A stretch of 11,494 bases of DNA from a virus: UHGV virus genome UHGV-1946849. One strand, given 5' to 3'. The position numbers and the translations under genes were made by a program. The notes under the pieces are model-generated. The model was not told the origin of the DNA. It searched no databases and saw nothing but the letters and a program-made list of their open reading frames with translations. Positions 7,450 to 11,494 of this stretch are shown here, in pieces. The first letter of the stretch is position 1, and each line of letters opens with the position of its first letter.

Positions 7450-7461
7450 CGGGGGGATTCT

Positions 7462-7797
7462 ATGGACACTCCATACATTGAGTTATTTGCAGGCAGTCAG
7501 CGGGTCGCCACGACGCTGGTACATTTTGCCGCTGATGCTGGCGTTATTCAGGAATTTACCCCGCTGATGCTGGCAGACAATGGCGAGTTTAAGCCGTGGG
7601 ATGGTCAGGAATCTGGCAAGGCTGTTTATCTGACCTCGTACCCTGTGGACACGTCAAAGCAGAAATCAGCACAGTGTTACAAGACGGGGATTTTCAATAT
7701 TGCCGCCGTTAACTGGCCTGAGAGCGTCGACACCGATGCGAAAAAATGCGCCGCCTTTGCGGGTTCCGGCGTATCCGTTCAGCCGCTGGCCCGATAA
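7462..7797 (+). CDS. Head decoration protein, lambda gpD-like (111 aa)
   Basis: FTPLMLAD, WDG, YKTGIFN, WPES and KKCAAFAGSG match the lambda D motifs TPLMLDT, WDG, YKSGTFR, WPEA and KKRTAFAGT. Confidence 0.82.
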   Translation: MDTPYIELFAGSQRVATTLVHFAADAGVIQEFTPLMLADNGEFKPWDGQESGKAVYLTSYPVDTSKQKSAQCYKTGIFNIAAVNWPESVDTDAKKCAAFAGSGVSVQPLAR

Positions 7798-7809
7798 GCA
7801 GGGGGAACG

Positions 7810-8223
7810 ATGGCAACGAATGAAAGCGTCATGACGCTACCGCTGGCGAGTAAATTTAAAGCCGAAGCGCGGGCAATGGCTGACAGAGGTTTATCAACCT
7901 ACGAGGCCGTATATCAACTCAACAAACTGGAAGAGCAGGACAAGCCGCGCGCTGATGCGATTATGGCGCTTCATGAACATAACGACTATCAGCCGCTGTT
8001 ACGTGCAATGGCAAACGTGCCATGTATTAGCGTCGATAATGCTCGTGAAATCCTGAACATGACCATAGAGCAGGAGCGCCCAAAGGTTGCGCCGGAGCTT
8101 ACCGCAGCCTTTGAAAACTTTATGGACATGCACAGCCCGAAAGCCGTATCACCCGGCATGGCATACGACGGCAGAAACCAGGGCGATGAAGGCGACGTCG
8201 ATCGCATACTGAAAACCATCTGA
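7810..8223 (+). CDS. Hypothetical protein (137 aa), last gene of the capsid operon
   Basis: GGGGGAA ribosome-binding site; followed by the terminator at 8229..8252. Confidence 0.6.
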   Translation: MATNESVMTLPLASKFKAEARAMADRGLSTYEAVYQLNKLEEQDKPRADAIMALHEHNDYQPLLRAMANVPCISVDNAREILNMTIEQERPKVAPELTAAFENFMDMHSPKAVSPGMAYDGRNQGDEGDVDRILKTI

Positions 8224-8228
8224 CATAA

Positions 8229-8252
8229 GGCCGGAGAAATCCGGCTTTTTTT
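8229..8252 (+). terminator. Rho-independent terminator
   Basis: Stem GCCGGA (8230..8235), loop GAAA, stem TCCGGC (8240..8245), then TTTTTTT; near-identical to the terminator at 5788..5811. Confidence 0.7.
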
Positions 8253-8310
8253 ACGGGTCCTTTCCGGCATATGGACCCGTTACGGGGCGGCGACCTCGCG
8301 GGTTTTCGCT
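8253..8310 (+). other. Lambda-type cos site (cosQ and cosN with the 12-nt cohesive end GGGCGGCGACCT at 8285..8296) with a truncated cosB
   Basis: ACGGGTCCTTTCCGG...GTTACGGGGCGGCGACCTCGCGGGTTTTCGCTATTTATGA matches the lambda cos junction as recalled; it then diverges to CGTTTTTCCGTG, and the Nu1-like gene starts only about 90 bp downstream. Confidence 0.85.
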
Positions 8311-8385
8311 ATTTATGACGTTTTTCCGTGAAGGTGACACCACCACCACTTGATTAATATTTAACCATGCAGTTAAGGTAACATT

Positions 8386-8820
8386 ATGATTGATAAAGCT
8401 TGTTTTGTAAGTCAGCAGGAAATAGCTGAACATTTCAAGGTTAACAGAACCACTATTCGCGCATGGACCAAACAGGGGATGCCGTATCTTAATGCGGATC
8501 GCGGAAAGTCTGGCGGTTATCACATCGGGCATACATTGCTTTGGTCTTCAGGTAAAAGCCGTCTTGAGACCATCAGATATCACGTAGAAACCAGTGCGCT
8601 GGAAAAAATTATGTTTGCCAGGCTGCTTTCATCTGAGCGTGACGAGTACTCCAGTGAAGAAACAGAACATCGATTTGATGAAGGTTTGCAGATTTACGGC
8701 TATTCACCGGAAGATGTGAGCAAGGCACGAAATAAAATGGCTGGCTTTCTGGCTGGGTGGCGTCATGCCATAAGCGTTCGCCGTGCCAGCATGGAGCAAT
8801 CAGCCGATACAGAACAGTAA
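8386..8820 (+). CDS. Small terminase (lambda Nu1)-like protein, candidate Rpp-type packaging-redirection factor (144 aa)
   Basis: N-terminus VSQQEIAEHFKVNRTTIRAWTKQGMPYLNADRGKSGGYHIGHTLLWSSGKS aligns with lambda Nu1 VNKKQLADIFGASIRTIQNWQEQGMPVLRGGGKGNEVLYDSAAVIKWYAER; no large terminase gene follows. Confidence 0.78.
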   Translation: MIDKACFVSQQEIAEHFKVNRTTIRAWTKQGMPYLNADRGKSGGYHIGHTLLWSSGKSRLETIRYHVETSALEKIMFARLLSSERDEYSSEETEHRFDEGLQIYGYSPEDVSKARNKMAGFLAGWRHAISVRRASMEQSADTEQ

Positions 8821-8887
8821 AGCCGATAACTTGTTAATCACTCGCAGCAATGCATGTGATTTGTGCACACTTTCGGTTAACTGGTTC

Positions 8888-9066
8888 GATGTCCGGTTTT
8901 AGTGTCTGTTTTTTGCGCATGTCCGGTTCATGGAAAGCATGTTTTTATATTTTTCATATGGTTAACTTGCAGAGAAACCGGACATGGATCCCGAAAAATT
9001 TTCATAAATAGTGAAAACGCGCGAGGTCGCCGCCCCGTAACGGGCCATAATTCCAGGAAGGACCCG
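8888..9066 (-). other. Second lambda-type cos site in inverted orientation, with a distinct cosB made of three ATGTCCGGTT elements
   Basis: Reverse complement of 9001..9066 reads ACGGGTCCTTCCTGG...GTTACGGGGCGGCGACCTCGCGCGTTTTCACTATTTATGAA (cohesive end at 9024..9035); R-like elements at 8889..8898, 8919..8928 and inverted at 8976..8985, with an AT-rich spacer between. Confidence 0.75.
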
Positions 9067-9099
9067 ACGACACCAGACTATCAGAGCGATGGGGGCACA

Positions 9100-9381
9100 A
9101 TGACAGAAGCCGAACTACTGGGATTAATCCGCCGCGTTACCGGAATCAGCCAGCAGCATGACGAACAGGCCACGCAGCCGGACAGCGTGACCGCCGAAAA
9201 TTACGCGCGTGTGGTTGCTGAGGTGATGCGCCGTGATGGTATCCAGCTTAATGATGTGGATATGCGCAACATACGGATCCGCGTTCTTGAAATGCTGGCC
9301 TACAATCGCCGCGTGGCACTGTATCGGGAAACGGAGAAAATTACGTACCACTGGAAGAAGCCGGAGCGGTTACGGCGTTAA
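9100..9381 (+). CDS. Hypothetical protein (93 aa from ATG 9100; the track ORF starts at 8902 inside the cos sequence)
   Basis: ATG 9100 preceded by GGGGG; upstream in-frame sequence is the inverted cos site. Confidence 0.5.
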   Translation: MTEAELLGLIRRVTGISQQHDEQATQPDSVTAENYARVVAEVMRRDGIQLNDVDMRNIRIRVLEMLAYNRRVALYRETEKITYHWKKPERLRR

Positions 9382-9397
9382 CGAGTAGCGACATACC

Positions 9398-9556
9398 GTG
9401 ACGGAGAGTGACAACCAGTGACACGCCGTGACAAAAGACGGTTTAACCGTTAATTAAAAATTGACGGGATTTTGTGCTTTCCGGACGACGTGACCAACGT
9501 CATTTTTTAGCGAAAAGTTCTGATTAAGGTCATTGTCTGAATGGTCATAATGACCA
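9398..9556. promoter_or_regulatory. Array of GTGAC-family binding-site repeats
   Basis: Four GTGAC copies at exactly 10-bp phasing (9398, 9408, 9418, 9428), an inverted pair GTGACCAACGTCAT (9490..9503), and the palindrome TGGTCATAATGACCA (9542..9556). Confidence 0.5.
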
Positions 9557-9717
9557 CTCCTACAAAACAGGTAAAGCCCACCAGCCTGATTAACAGTTAA
9601 CCGGAAAAAAAATCCGGTAGCCCCGTTATGGGGATCCCCATATCAACATTAACGCCCCTCATGAATTAGCGCGCTTCCCCCTGGAAAGATGACCCGCCTG
9701 TATATTTCTTGTGTCTA

Positions 9718-10012
9718 TTTGTTCCACGTTGTTTCATACAGTGCACCGAACGGTGTAGTCACTGGTGTAGTCATTTTGCGATTTATGGCACTTTTTGTAG
9801 TGCAAATCATTTAATTAAATCAATGCGTTAAGTGAAATTAGTTATATATAACAGCATTTTATCATTTAGTGTTTTTTGCTGTTTCATAATGTTTCAGGCT
9901 GTGCATTATGTTTTTGATTATCAACAGATTTGTGATTTTCCTTGTTCCAGCTTGTTTCACGTTGTAGCCCTTTGTGCAACGATCGGTGTAGTCACTGGTG
10001 TAGTCACTTTTT
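9718..10012. repeat. Duplicated element of about 60 bp upstream of int, each copy ending in tandem GGTGTAGTCA repeats
   Basis: CGGTGTAGTCACTGGTGTAGTCA at 9751..9773 and 9984..10006 with similar upstream context, flanking an AT-rich stretch of about 200 bp. Confidence 0.6.
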
Positions 10013-10031
10013 CGTAAAGAGGGGGTAAAAC

Positions 10032-11261
10032 GTGAGCAGAGCAATGAACAAACTGAGCGATACCTTGCTAAGGAAACTTCATGGTAAGCCAGCGGAGAAA
10101 AACACGTTTTATAGTGATGGCGGAAACCTGAGCGTGAAATATTTAACATCAGGGAAATTGACCTGGTATTTCACATACAGGGCCGGAACGGGAAGGGAGA
10201 CACGACCCGAACGCATTAAGCTGGGAAGTTATCCTGATCTGAGCCTGAAAGCAGCCAGGGAAAAAGCCGCACAGTGTCGCACATGGCTGGCTGAGGGGAA
10301 AAATCCACGTCATGAGATGAATTACACCGTACAGGAAGCGTTAAAGCCCGTAACGGTTGGCGATGCGCTCACCTACTGGCTTGAGTATTACGTAAAGGAA
10401 AACCGCGTGGATTATATCGCCCTGAAAAGGCGACTTAATAATCACGTAATACAGCAGATTGGTGCTATGCCGCTGGATAAATGCGAGCTACGGCACTGGC
10501 TGGCCTGTTTTGACCAGGTGGTAAAGCGAACGCCTGTTACTGCCGGATTCGTGCTACAGGCGTGCAAACAGGCGCTTAAGTTCTGCCGTAGGCGGCGCTA
10601 TGCAATCAGCAACGTTCTGGACGATCTGAACGTTGCGGACGTTGGGAAAAAACCGGATATAAGCGAACGTGTCTTAAGTAACAAAGAACTTGGCGAATTA
10701 TTGCAGGCACTGGACAAAAAAATATTCTCCCCTTACTACGTCGCGTTAATCCGCCTCCTGATTGTCTTCGGAGCCAGAACGGTAGAACTGAGGTTATCGG
10801 AGATCGGGGAGTGGGATTTTACGGAAATGCTATGGACCGTTCCGAAGGAGCACAGCAAAACGAAGGTCGCAATATTCCGGCCCATACCGGAAGCGATCCT
10901 GCCGTTCGTCACGCAGCTGGTGGAGCAGAACAGGCACACGGGCTTATTGCTGGGGGAAGTGAAACAGGAGGCCAGCGTATCGCAGTATGGAAGATTAGCG
11001 CACAGGAGGCTTAATCACCCTCACTGGTCACTGCATGACATCCGGCGCACCTTTACAACCATGCTGAACGATTTAGGCGTTGATCCGCATGTCGTGGAGC
11101 AGCTTACAGGCCACCAGATGCCAGGAATGCAGCGAGTTTATAATCATTCCCGTTATCTGGATGCGAAACGCAATGCGCTGGATATGTGGACGGAGCGGTT
11201 AGGGATACTGGCGGGAACACATGAAAACGTAACCACGCTACCCGTAGCCAGAAGAAAATAA
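10032..11261 (+). CDS. int: Tyrosine recombinase, P4-type integrase with N-terminal arm-binding domain (409 aa)
   Basis: N-terminal arm-binding-domain pattern (DGGNLSVKYLTSGKLTWYFTYR...IKLGSYPDLSLKAAREKA); catalytic region with R..HDIRRT..LTGH..Y residues; GTG start after GAGGGGG. Confidence 0.93.
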   Translation: MSRAMNKLSDTLLRKLHGKPAEKNTFYSDGGNLSVKYLTSGKLTWYFTYRAGTGRETRPERIKLGSYPDLSLKAAREKAAQCRTWLAEGKNPRHEMNYTVQEALKPVTVGDALTYWLEYYVKENRVDYIALKRRLNNHVIQQIGAMPLDKCELRHWLACFDQVVKRTPVTAGFVLQACKQALKFCRRRRYAISNVLDDLNVADVGKKPDISERVLSNKELGELLQALDKKIFSPYYVALIRLLIVFGARTVELRLSEIGEWDFTEMLWTVPKEHSKTKVAIFRPIPEAILPFVTQLVEQNRHTGLLLGEVKQEASVSQYGRLAHRRLNHPHWSLHDIRRTFTTMLNDLGVDPHVVEQLTGHQMPGMQRVYNHSRYLDAKRNALDMWTERLGILAGTHENVTTLPVARRK

Positions 11262-11278
11262 TTTTTTTCGTGTTTTTT

Positions 11279-11355
11279 CAGTATGCGCATACTGGATATG
11301 CGAACAGATACAACGTGCAACAATGAGCAACAATGTGGAACAACTACGAACAAGA
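11279..11355. promoter_or_regulatory. Candidate integrase arm-type / accessory sites next to the right repeat
   Basis: Perfect 16-bp palindrome CAGTATGCGCATACTG (11279..11294) and (C/G)AACAA repeats at about 10-bp phasing (11302..11355, including GCAACAATG twice). Confidence 0.4.
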
Positions 11356-11417
11356 GGCGAAAAAGCGTACGGATTTATAAGTAGCTGATTTTTAATGTGT
11401 TACTGGTTTTTTGTACA

Positions 11418-11494
11418 CTAGCGAATCACTCTTTAAAGAGCGAGAAAAAAGGCATGGAACAATATTTTATGCCTTTGTATTAACATGAATTTAA
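11418..11494. repeat. Right attachment-site direct repeat (attR candidate)
   Basis: Identical to 5..81; the window ends at the repeat end, so the identity could extend further. Confidence 0.8.

Larger units (their letters stand above)
5..11494. mobile_element. Integrated phage satellite / phage-inducible chromosomal island (about 11.4 kb) bounded by 77-bp direct repeats
   Basis: Perfect 77-bp direct repeats at both ends; integrase, AlpA, P4-family primase, capsid genes and cos sites between them; no tail, portal, lysis or large-terminase genes. Confidence 0.85.

Noticed and set aside
8902-9099. Upstream part of the 8902..9381 track ORF
   Set aside because: This in-frame sequence is the inverted cos site; the supported start is ATG 9100 with its own ribosome-binding site.
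9832-10149. Small ORFs on both strands in the region upstream of int
   Set aside because: Hydrophobic low-complexity translations overlapping the duplicated repeat elements and AT-rich promoter DNA.

Overview
The window is essentially one complete integrated element of about 11.4 kb, bounded by perfect 77-bp direct repeats (5..81 and 11418..11494). It reads as a phage satellite (PICI / P4-like) of enterobacterial type that parasitises lambdoid cos phages. All identifications are from reading the sequence and ORF translations against remembered protein families; no searches were run. Left to right: an AlpA-family regulator; a divergent promoter with three palindromic operators and a small ribbon-helix-helix gene on the minus strand that the ORF track misses; six small overlapping genes of unknown function; a P4-family primase/helicase followed by a dense iteron cluster; an SSB homologue; a capsid module with lambda E-like major capsid protein and D-like decoration protein but no portal, protease or large terminase; a lambda-type cos site upstream of a Nu1-like small-terminase homologue (Rpp-like); a second cos in inverted orientation with a different cosB; a repeat-rich regulatory region; and a P4-type tyrosine integrase reading toward the right-hand repeat. 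The most interesting points are the partial, satellite-encoded capsid module and the two opposed cos sites with different cosB architectures, plus a degenerate third cos copy.
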